DNA from: Ranitomeya imitator
Lineage: Eukaryota
Assembly: GCF_032444005.1 (NCBI RefSeq)
Contig: NC_091283.1
Span: 664,082,001-664,146,000 of the forward strand
Direction: 5' to 3'
Length of the DNA: 64,000 bases
Shown here: one piece after another, positions 1-10,480 of the stretch
Layout of the letters: each line of letters begins with the position of its first letter
Position numbering within the stretch: the stretch's first letter is position 1
The notes under the pieces: model-generated
Told to the model about the DNA's origin: nothing
Databases searched by the model: none
What the model saw: the letters and a program-made list of their open reading frames with translations, nothing else
Program-made: the position numbers and the translations under genes

Positions 1-239
1 GCAAGGTAGGCTTATTTTCTATCTTCAGGCTAGCTAGTTTCTCAGGCTGTGCCGAGTTGCATAGGGAGCGTTAGGCGCAATCCACGGCTGCCTCTAGTGT
101 GGTTGGGGAGGATTAGGGATTGCGGTCAGCAGAGTTCCCACGTCTCAGAGCTCATTCTATGTTTTTGGGTTATTGTCAGGTCACTGTATGTGCTCTGATC
201 TCTATGTCCATTGTGGTACTGAATTACCTTATCATAACA
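1..239 (+). repeat. 5' LTR (last 239 bp) of the chromovirus
   Basis: Direct repeat of 5012-5250, ending TATCATAACA. Confidence 0.96.
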
Positions 240-241
240 GT

Positions 242-250
242 ACTGGAGGC
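242..250 (+). promoter_or_regulatory. Putative self-priming primer-binding site ACTGGAGGC
   Basis: Lies 2 nt after the 5' LTR end and is the exact reverse complement of LTR sequence GCCTCCAGT at 4619-4627. Confidence 0.7.
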
Positions 251-3200
251 CAAAAGTACTAATGATTCTCAATAGAGGGAAAAAAGAAGTTCTGAGACCA
301 TTTTTTTTTCTCTGCACTGTGTTTTGCCTTTTTTTCGCCCTAGACATTTGGGTGGTTCAGGACACAGGTGTAGCGATGGACATTAAAGGTCTGTCTTCAT
401 GTGTGGATCAGCTCACAGCAAGAGTACAAAATATTCAAGACTTTGTGGTTCAGAATTCTATGTTAGAACCGAGAATTCCTATTCCTGATTTGTTTTTTCG
501 AGATAGAACTAAATTTCTGGGTTTCAAAAATAATTGTAAACTATTTCAGGCTTTGAAACCTCGCTCCTCTGGTGACCCAGTTCAACAAGTTAGGATCATT
601 ATTTCTTTTTTACGTGGCGACCCTCAGGACTGGGCATTTTCTCTTGCGTCAGGAGATCCTGCATTAAGTAATATCGATGCGTTTTTCCTGGCGCTCGGAT
701 TGCTGTACGATGAACCTAATTCAGTGGATCAGGCAGAGAAAAATTTGCTGGCTCTGTGTCAGGGTCAGGATGAGATAGAGGTATATTGTCAGAAATTTAG
801 AAAGTGGTCTGTACTCACTCAATGGAATGAAGGTGCGCTCGCAGCTATTTTCAGAAAGGGTCTCTCTGAAGCCCTTAAGGATGTCATGGTGGGATTTCCT
901 ATGCCTGCTGGTCTGAATGAGTCTATGTCTTTGGCCATTCAGATCGGTCGACGCTTGCGTGAGCGTAAATCTGTGCACCATTTGGCGGTATTACCTGAGC
1001 TTAAACCTGAGCCTATGCAGTGCGATAGGACTTTGACCAGAGTTGAACGGCAAGAACACAGACGTCTGAATGGGCTGTGTTTCTACTGTGGTGATTCCAC
1101 TCATGCTATCTCTGATTGTCCTAAGCGCACTAAGCGGTTCGCTAGGTCTGCCACCATTGGTACGGTACATTCAAAATTTCTTCTGTCCGTTACCTTGATC
1201 TGCTCTTTGTCATCGTATTCTGTCATGGCATTTGAGGATTCAGGCGCTGCCCTGAATTTGATGGACTTGGAGTATGCTAGGCGTTGTGGGTTTTTCTTGG
1301 AGCCCTTGCAGTGTCCTATTCCATTGAGAGGAATTGATGCTACGCCTTTGGCCAAGAATAAGCCTCAGTACTGGACCCAGCTGACCATGTGCATGGCTCC
1401 TGCACATCAGGAGGTTATTCGCTTTCTGGTGTTGCATAATCTGCATGATGTGGTCGTGTTGGGGTTGCCATGGCTACAAGTCCATAATCCAGTATTAGAT
1501 TGGAAATCCATGTCTGTGTCCAGCTGGGGTTGTCAGGGGGTACATGGTGATGTCCCATTTCTGACTATTTCGTCATCCACCCCTTCTGAGGTTCCAGAGT
1601 TCTTGTCTGATTACCGGGATGTATTTGATGAGCCCAAGTCCGATACCCTACCTCCGCATAGGGATTGTGATTGTGCTATCGATTTGATTCCTGGTAGTAA
1701 ATTCCCAAAAGGTCGACTGTTTAATTTATCTGTGCCTGAGCACGCCGCTATGCGGAGTTATGTGAAGGAGTCCTTGGAGAAGGGGCATATTCGCCCGTCA
1801 TCGTCGCCATTAGGAGCAGGGTTCTTTTTTGTAGCCAAGAAGGATGGTTCACTGAGACCTTGTATAGATTACCGCCTTCTAAATAAGATCACGGTTAAAT
1901 TTCAGTACCCCTTGCCGTTGTTATCTGATTTGTTTGCTCGGATTAAGGGGGCTAGTTGGTTCACCAAGATAGATCTTCGTGGTGCGTATAATCTTGTGCG
2001 TATTAAGCGAGGCGATGAATGGAAAACTGCATTTAATACGCCCGAGGGCCATTTTGAGTATCTAGTAATGCCATTCGGACTTGCCAATGCTCCATCAGTG
2101 TTTCAGTCCTTTATGCATGACATCTTCCGAGAGTACCTGGATAAATTCCTGATTGTGTACTTGGATGACATTTTGATCTTCTCGGATGATTGGGAGTCTC
2201 ATGTGAAGCAGGTCAGAACGGTGTTTCAGGTCCTGCGTGCTAATTCTTTGTTTGTGAAGGGATCAAAGTGTCTCTTTGGTGTGCAGAAGGTTTCATTTTT
2301 GGGGTTCATCTTTTCCCCTTCTACTATCGAGATGGACCCTGTTAAGGTCCAAGCCATCCATGATTGGACTCAGCCGACATCTTTGAAAAGTCTGCAAAAG
2401 TTCCTGGGCTTTGCTAATTTTTATCGTCGCTTCATCTGCAATTTTTCTAGTATTGCTAAACCATTGACTGATTTGACCAAGAAGGGTGCTGATGTGGTCA
2501 ATTGGTCTTCTGCTGCTGTGGAAGCTTTTCAAGAGTTGAAGCGTCGTTTTTCTTCTGCCCCTGTGTTGTGTCAACCAGATGTTTCGCTTCCGTTCCAGGT
2601 CGAGGTTGATGCTTCTGAGATTGGAGCTGGGGCTGTTTTGTCGCAGAGAAGTTCTGATTGCTCGGTGATGAAACCATGCGCCTTGTTTTCCAGGAAGTTT
2701 TCGCCTGCTGAGCGAAATTATGATGTGGGCAATCGAGAGTTGCTGGCCATGAAGTGGGCATTCGAGGAGTGGCGTCATTGGCTTGAAGGAGCTAAGCATC
2801 GCGTGGTGGTCTTGACTGATCATAAGAACTTGACTTATCTCGAGTCTGCCAAGCGGTTGAATCCTAGACAGGCTCGTTGGTAGCTGTTTTTTGCCCGTTT
2901 TGACTTTGTGATTTCGTACCTTCCGGGCTCTAAAAATGTGAAGGCGAATGCTCTGTCTAGGAGTTTTGTGCCCGACTCTCCGGGTTTATCTGAGCCAGCG
3001 GGTATCCTCAAAGAGGGAGTAATTGTGTCTGCCATCTCCCCTGATTTGCGGCGGGTGCTGCAAAAATTTCAGGCTAATAAACCTGATCGTTGCCCAGCGG
3101 AGAAACTGTTTGTCCCTGATAGGTGGACGAATAAAGTTATCTCTGAGGTTCATTGTTCGGTGTTGGCTGGTCATCCTGGAATCTTTGGTACCAGAGAGTT

Positions 3201-4423
3201 AGTGGCTAGATCCTTTTGGTGGCCACCTCTGTCGCGGGATGTGCGTACTTTTGTGCAGTCCTGTGGGATTTGTGCTCGGGCTAAGCCCTGCTGTTCTCGT
3301 GCCAGTGGGTTGCTTTTGCCCTTGCCGGTCCCGAAGAGGCCTTGGACACATATCTCTATGGATTTTATTTCAGATCTTCCCGTCTCTCAAAAGATGTCAG
3401 TCATTTGGGTGGTCTGTGATCGCTTCTCTAAGATGGTCCATTTGGTACCCTTGTCTAAATTACCTTCCTCCTCTGATTTGGTGCCATTGTTCTTCCAGCA
3501 TGTGGTTCGTTTACATGGCATTCCAGAGAATATCGTTTCTGACAGAGGTTCCCAGTTTGTTTCGAGGTTTTGGCGAGCCTTTTGTGGTAGGATGGGCATT
3601 GACTTGTCTTTTTCCTCGGCTTTCCATCCTCAGACTAATGGCCAGACCGAACGAACCAATCAGACCTTGGAAACATATCTGAGATGCTTTGTTTCTGCTG
3701 ATCAGGATGACTGGGTGTCCTTTTTGCCTTTGGCTGAGTTCGCCCTTAATAATCGGGCCAGCTCGGCTACCTTGGTTTCGCCATTTTTCTGCAACTCTGG
3801 GTTCCATCCTCGTTTCTCTTCAGGGCAGGTTGAGTCTTCGGACTGTCCTGGTGTGGATACTGTGGTGGACAGGTTGCAGCAGATTTGGACTCATGTAGTG
3901 GACAATTTGACCTTGTCCCAGGAGAAGGCTCAACGTTTCGCTAATCGCAGACGCTGTGTGGGTCCCCGACTTCGTGTTGGGGATTTGGTTTGGTTATCTT
4001 CTTGTCATATTCCTATGAAGGTTTCCTCTCCTAGGTTTAAACCTCGTTTCATTGGTCCGTATAGGATTTCTGAGGTTCTTAATCCTGTGTCTTTTCGTCT
4101 GACCCTTCCAGATTCTTTTTCCATACATAACGTATTCCATAGGTCATTGTTGCGGAGATACGTGGCACCTATGGTTCCATCTGTTGATCCTCCTGCCCCG
4201 GTTTTAGTGGAGGGGGAGTTGGAGTATATTGTGGAGAAGATTTTGGATTCTCGTGTTTCAAGACGGAAACTCCAGTATCTGGTTAAGTGGAAGGGTTATG
4301 CTCAGGAAGATAATTCCTGGGTCTTTGCCTCTGATGTCCATGCTCCCGATCTTGTTCGTGCCTTTCATATGGCTCATCCTGGTCGTCCTGGGGGCTCTGG
4401 TGAGGGTTCGGTGACCCCTCCTC

Positions 4424-4433
4424 AAGGGGGGGG
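4424..4433 (+). promoter_or_regulatory. Polypurine tract
   Basis: AAGGGGGGGG, 3 nt before the TGT start of the 3' LTR. Confidence 0.85.
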
Positions 4434-4436
4434 TAC

Positions 4437-5250
4437 TGTTGTGAATTCTGTGGCAGAGCTCCCTCCTGTGGTCACAAGTGGTACTTCGGCTGATTCTCTC
4501 TGTGAGCTTCCGTTGGTGGAGGAAAGTGGTACTGCGGCTTCTGAGTTTCCTTCCTCAGGTGATGTGGTGAAGTCGTTAGGTGCTGCTCTATTTAACTCCA
4601 CCTAGTGCTTTGATCCTTGCCTCCAGTCTATGTTCTAGTATTGGACCTGTTTCCTCCTGGATCGTTCCTGTGGTCTGCTGCTCTGCATAGCTAAGTTCCG
4701 CTTTGCTATTTTGTTTGCTGTGTTTTTTCTGTCCAGCTTGTCTATTTGTTTTTTCCTGCTTGCTGAAAGCTCTGGGACGCAGAGGGTGTACCTCCGTGTC
4801 GTTAGTTCGGTACGGAGGGTCTTTTTGCCCCCTTTGCGTGGTTTTTGTAGGGTTTTGTGTTGACTGCAAAGTTACCTTTCCTATCCTCGCTCTGTTCAGA
4901 AAGTCGGGCCTCACTTTGCTAAATCTATTTCATCTCTACGTTTGTCTTTTCATCTTAACTCACAGTCATTATATGTGGGGGCTGCCTTTTCCTTTGGGGT
5001 ATTTCTCTGAGGCAAGGTAGGCTTATTTTCTATCTTCAGGCTAGCTAGTTTCTCAGGCTGTGCCGAGTTGCATAGGGAGCGTTAGGCGCAATCCACGGCT
5101 GCCTCTAGTGTGGTTGGGGAGGATTAGGGATTGCGGTCAGCAGAGTTCCCACGTCTCAGAGCTCGTTCTATGTTTTTGGGTTATTGTCAGGTCACTGTAT
5201 GTGCTCTGATCTCTATGTCCATTGTGGTACTGAATTACCTTATCATAACA
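4437..5250 (+). repeat. 3' LTR of the chromovirus (814 bp)
   Basis: TGTTGTGAATTC...TATCATAACA; boundaries confirmed by the related solo LTR at 8314-9116. Confidence 0.95.
4589..4595 (+). promoter_or_regulatory. TATA-like box of the LTR (TATTTAA)
   Basis: 30 nt upstream of the PBS-complementary 9-mer. Confidence 0.55.
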
Positions 5251-6272
5251 TATGACACTCTGCCGCTAAAGGGAGTGATGGTACGTCTGATGGCACTAAA
5301 GGAGTTCTGACCAGGTATCACAAACACACATGACACTTCACACTCCGGCCACAAGGGGGAGTGGTTCTATCTAGTAGGCCACTCTTCACACTCTGGTAAA
5401 ACTGGGGGTTGGACAGGAAGTTAGACAGAAAGAGCCCGGGAGAGTTCGAGAGAGAACCTGTCAGGGGTGGGATTCTGACAGCGGTCTAGAAAGAGAACAG
5501 ATCGTTACAGAGCCGCGCCTGCACTACCTTGCGGCGGTATTCTAAGAAAGGACACGAAGCGAAGTTGATTGTGGAGAAGTGAGAAGCGGGATCACAGTGT
5601 AAAGGAGATAGAGCCAGAAGAAGTCGTGCCGTGAGACTGAGGCAACATCCTTCTGAGGCGCATAGCGGTGGCTGGAGCACCGAGAAAGTAAGAGACTTTA
5701 CGCATTACTTCAACATGGCAGGACAGTTAATTATAGGTTGGCTGTCTCACCTAAATCACCTAAGCAGACAAGGGAGGCAACTGTGGGAGAGGGGCATCTC
5801 TAGGGTCCCAGAATAACTCCAGGCCTACCCGTCATACGGGTGCGTCCTAACCATATCATCTGGGGGACGAAGAGAGAGAGAAAGAACAACGAACACAGAC
5901 ACAACAGTTGTGAGGACTATCCCATGGTGCTCAGCAGGGAAGGACTACAACACACAGGCGCTAGTGGGTAGGCACTGATTTCCACCTGCAAAGGAAACTC
6001 CGGATGTGTCTTCGGACCGGCCGGTCTCAGCCAGCCCTGTTAGCAGTGCTCTGGATTGCGGATCCCAAAGCCTTCAGTAAAGAGGTAAAGAGACTGCAAC
6101 CCTGTGTCCTTGTTATTCATCGCGCCTCGCACCACGCATTATACCATCACCTTTCATTGGGCGCCCCTTAGCAGGGTCACGGACCGGTTCTAGCCACCGT
6201 GATGACCCCAATACAGAGACTGAGGGGCCCGGTATCGAGAACTCGTGGCCCTGTGTCTGGGGGCGCTCCACA
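5251..6272 (+). mobile_element. LTR of a second gypsy-like family, interrupted near its 5' end by the chromovirus
   Basis: Ends GGGGGCGCTCCA(CA). Its first 120 bp resemble the LTR at 38336 (CAGGT(T)ATCAC...CACA...GGCC...AGGGGGAG). Non-coding. Confidence 0.65.
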
Positions 6273-6433
6273 TTGACTTAACAGAGATTCAATTCCAATG
6301 CAGCAATCACATTTACTTTCTGGTAAAGTCATGCAGATATTAGAATGGTGCAGTGATTTTTGAGTCCTAACTTCGCCTTACATGCACAGTCTTTATCACA
6401 CAGCTATCCGAGCTGGGGTTGTGGTTTCTCTTT

Positions 6434-6610
6434 CAAGAGTGGACGCAAATGGCTGCACATCCAGTTGGAAGAATGTCTCAAGTGGGGTACCACAGGGTTC
6501 TGTCGTGGGCCCTGTATTGTTCAACATCTTTATCAATGATTTAGATGAAGGAATTGAGGGTACACTGATTAAATTTGCTGATGACACAAAGCTAGGAGAG
6601 ATAGCTAATA
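6434..6610 (+). mobile_element. CR1 LINE fragment 1 (RT core)
   Basis: Translates [46 protein letters not shown]; cut at TA 6609-6610 by the Tc1 element. Confidence 0.93.
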
Positions 6611-6986
6611 CAACCCCTGGCAAAAATTATGTAATCACCGGCCTTGGAGGATGTTCATTCAGTTTTTTAATTCTGTAGATAAAAAGCAGATCACAGACAT
6701 GGCACAAACCTAAAGTAATTTCAAATGGCAACTTTCTGGCTTTAAGAAACAGTAAAAGAAATCGAGAACAAAAAATGTGGTAAGTAATGGTTACTTTTTG
6801 TAACCAAGCGTAGGGTAAAAATTATGGAGTCACTCAATTATGAGGGAAAAAATTATGGAATCACCCTGTAAATTTTCATTCCCAAAACTAACACATGCAT
6901 CAAATTAGATCTGCTCGTTAGTCTGCATCTAAAAAGGAGTGATCACAACTTGGAGAGCTGTTGCACCAAGTGGACTGTCATGAATC

Positions 6987-8007
6987 ATGGCTGCAACACG
7001 AGAGATGTCAATTGAAACAAAGGAGAGAATATCAAACTCTTAAAAGAAGGTAAATCATCACACATTGTTGCAAAAGATGTTGGTTGTTCACAGTCAGCTG
7101 TGGCTAAAATCTGGACCAAATACGAACAACATGGAAGGTTGTTAAAGGCAAACATACTGGTAGACCAAGGAAGACATCATAGCGTCAAGACTGGAAACTT
7201 AAAGCAAAATGTCTTCAAAACATGAAATGCACAACAAAACAAATGAGGAACGAATGGGAGGAAACTAAAGTCAACGTCTGTGAGAGAACTGTAAGAAACC
7301 GCCTAAAGGAAATAGGATTTTCATACAGAAAAGCTATAAGAAAGCCATCATTAACACCTAAACAGAAAAAAGCAAGGTTACAATGGGCTAAGGAAAAGCA
7401 ATCGTGGACTGTGGATGACTGGATGAAAGTCATATTCAGAGATGAATCACGAATCTGCATTGGGCAAGGTGATGATGCTGGAACTTTTGTTTGGTGCTGT
7501 TGCAATGAGATTTATAAAGATGACTGCCTGAAGAGAACATGCAAATTTCCACAGTCATTGATGATATGAGGCTGCATGTTAGGTAAAGGCATTGGGGAGA
7601 TAGCTGTCATTACATCTTCAATAAATGCACAAGTTTATGTTGATATTTTGGACACTTTTCTTATCCCATCAATTGAAAGGATGTTTATGGATGATGAAAT
7701 CATTTTTCAAGATGATAATGCATTCTGCCATAGAACAAAAACTGTGAAAACATTCCTTGAATAAAGACACATATGGTCAATGTAGTGGCCTGCAAATAGT
7801 CCGGATCTCAATCCAATTGAAAATCTTTGGTGGAAGTTGAAGAAAATGGTCCATGACAAGGCTCCAACCTGCAAAGCTGATCTGGCAACAGCAATCAGAA
7901 AAAGTTGGAGCCAGATTAATGAAGAGTCCTGTTTGACACTCATTAAGTCCATGCCTCAGAGACTGCAAGCTGTTATAAAAGCCAGAGGTGGTGTAACAAA
8001 ATACTAG
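6987..8007 (+). pseudogene. Tc1 DD34E transposase, decayed
   Basis: VIFRDES, FQDDNA and SPDLNPIENLW motifs, with 34 codons between the second D and E. Contains several stops and frameshifts. Confidence 0.92.
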
Positions 8008-8313
8008 TGATGTGTTGGAGTGTTTTGTTTGTTTTTCATGATTCCATAATTTTTTCCCTCATAACTGAGTGCCTCCATAAATTTTGCCCTATGCTTGGTT
8101 ACAAAAAGTAACCATTATTGACTACCACATTTTTTGTTCTTGATTTCTTTTACTGTTTCTTAAAGACAGAAAGTTGCCATTTGAAGTGACTTTAGTTTTG
8201 TGCCATGTCTGTGATCTGTTTTTTTTTTCTACAAAATTAAACAACTGAATGTGAGGGGTCGAGTTCCCGCCTCTGCACAGGGGGAATCTCAGGCCATCTC
8301 CGCTGTGGTCTCC

Positions 8314-9116
8314 TGTTATGATAGGCAATTCAGTATCACAATGGACATGGAGGTCAGAGCACATACAGTGATCTGACAATAACCCAAAATAATAGAACGA
8401 GCTCTGAGACGTGGGAACTCTGCAGACCGCAATCCCTGATCCTCTCCAAACACAACTAGAGGCAGCCGTGGATTGCGCCTAACGCTCCCTATGCAACTCG
8501 GCACAGCCTGAGAAACTAACTAGCCTGAAGATAGAAAAAATAAGCCTACCTTGCCTCAGAGAAATACCCCAAAGGAAAAGGCAGCCCCCCACATATAATG
8601 ACTGTGAGTAAGATGAAAAGACAAACGTAGGGATGAAATAGATTCAGCAAAGTGAGGCCCGATATTCTAGACAGAACGAAGATAGGAAAGATAACTTTGC
8701 GGTCTACACAAAACCCTAAAGAAAACCACGCAAAGGGGCAAAAAGACCCTCCGTACCGAACTAACGGCATGGAGGTACACCCTTTGCGTCCCAGAGCTTC
8801 CAGCAAAACAAATAGACAAGCTGGACAGAAAAAATAGCAACAAATAGCAAAGAAGCACTTAGCTATGCAGAGCAGCAGGCCACAGGAATGATCCAGAGAA
8901 ACACAAGTCCAACACTGGAACATTGACAGGAAGCATGAATCAAAGCATTAGGTGGGGTTAAGTAGAGAAGCACCTAACGACCTCACCAGATCACCTGAGG
9001 GAGGAAACTCAGAAGCAGCAGTACCAGTTTCCTCCACAAACGGAAGCTCCCAGAGAGAATCAGCCGAAGTACCACTTGTGACCACAGGAGGGAGCTCTGC
9101 CACAGAATTCACAACA
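8314..9116 (-). mobile_element. Solo LTR of the chromovirus family (diverged subfamily)
   Basis: Reverse complement is homologous to 4437-5250 end to end; flanked by GTCTCC at 8308-8313 and 9117-9122. Confidence 0.93.
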
Positions 9117-10000
9117 GTCTCCCATTCTTCTCCTGCCGCACTGGAGCCTGCTCAGCAGAGACATCATTCCCAGCGTCTTGCTCAGTCTCACTCTGTGCAT
9201 AGGATTACTGCTGTTTTTCCAGCTTCTGCCATTGAAGCCAGTGTTGGGCAGCGGCGAGCAGACGCTTTTGGGACTAAGTCCTGCTTTTCCCCTTCTGAGC
9301 ATGCCCAGGCTAAGATCTCTCATTGGAGATCGAGGTTCACATGCTTAGATACTGCAGCAAGACCCATTGGTTCTCCAAGAAGGTCCTGAAGTTCCTCAGG
9401 CTCTGTGGCAGTCTATCATTGGTCCTTCTAGGAAGGTCCTGTACGTGGTGCAGCTATATAAGGTTCGCATGGCCACACGGCCATGCGCTAGTATCAAATC
9501 TAAGTTATGTGCTTTGCGCCAGTGTGGTTATGTGAAAACGTATTCAGGGATCCGGCTGAAATAAGCCCCTAGAATACCGGCACCTCCGGTGAGGAGATTG
9601 TATGAGTGTGTTCAGGGACCCAGATGAAATAAGCCCCTAGAATACCGGCTTCTCCGGCGAGGAGATTGCGTGTTGCATAACCACTGACTGCTATCAGCTT
9701 GGCAGTAAGCTTGTGCTCCTGTGAGGCTAACAGGGCACAGTGCTTTCCTTTCACGGCTACTCTGCGAGGTAACAGAGCTAGTCTATACCGCCAAACAGTG
9801 CCACCATTCACTAGCAGCAGGTTTTCCTGCACGGTGGACCCTGAGCTGCGAATGCACCATCTACTATATAATTGTCTAAGGGTCACTTCCGTCTGTCTGT
9901 CCTTCTGTCACGGTTATTCATTCGCTGATTGGTCTCGCCAGCTGCCTGTCATGGCTGCCGAGACCAATCAGCGACGGGCACAGTCCGGAAGAAAATGGCC

Positions 10001-10260
10001 GCTCCTTACTTCCCGCAGTCAGTGTCCCCAGCGCTCCGCTCCATACTCCCCGCAGTGTCCCCGACGCTCCGCTCCATGCTTCCCGCAGTCACTGTCCCCG
10101 GCGCTCCGGTCCATACTCCCTGCAGTGTCCCTGGCGCTCCGCTCCATGCTTCCCGCAGTCACTGTCCCTGGCGCTCCGGTCCATATTCCCCGCAGTGTCC
10201 CCGGCGCTCCGCTCCATGCTTCCCGCAGTCACTGTCCCCGGCGCCCGCTCCATACTCCCC
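10001..10260. repeat. GC-rich minisatellite (about 30-35 bp units) inside the Helitron
   Basis: Repeated GCTCCG(C/G)TCCAT(G/A)CT(T/C)CCCGCAGT...GTCCCCGGC. Confidence 0.9.
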
Positions 10261-10480
10261 TCCGGTCACCGCTAACACAGGGTTAATGCCGGCGGTAACG
10301 GACCGCGTTATGCCGCGGGTAACGCACTCCGTTACCACCACTATTAACCCTGTGTGTCCCCAACCTTTTACTATTGATGCTGCCTATGCGACATCAATAG
10401 TAAAAAAAGTAATGTTAAAAATAGTAAAAAAACAAAAAACCTGCTATACTCACCCTCCGTTGTCCGCTAGCGCCTGCTGC

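Larger units (their letters stand above)
262..4605 (+). pseudogene. Single-frame gag-pol polyprotein with one premature TAG at 2881-2883
   Basis: Motifs seen: CCHC knuckle CFYCGDSTHAISDC, protease DSG, RT YLDD, RNase H DAS...DHKNL, integrase H...HPG...C..C with MDF/SDRG/ERTN, GPY motif, chromodomain EYIVEKILDSR...YLVKWKGY. ORFs 262-2883 and 2908-4605 share a frame. The true start may be the ATG at 397. Confidence 0.95.
1..5250 (+). mobile_element. Ty3/gypsy LTR retrotransposon, chromovirus (Tf1/sushi-like); 5' LTR cut by window edge
   Basis: Bases 1-239 match 5012-5250 with one difference (154 A vs 5165 G). Domain order is gag-PR-RT-RH-IN-chromodomain. Polypurine tract 4424-4433 precedes the 3' LTR, which has TG...CA ends. 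Confidence 0.97.

Noticed and set aside
2881-2889. Programmed stop-codon readthrough producing integrase
   Set aside because: It lies inside a conserved motif rather than at the gag-pol junction, lacks a known leaky context (TAG CTG), and is one substitution from TCG.
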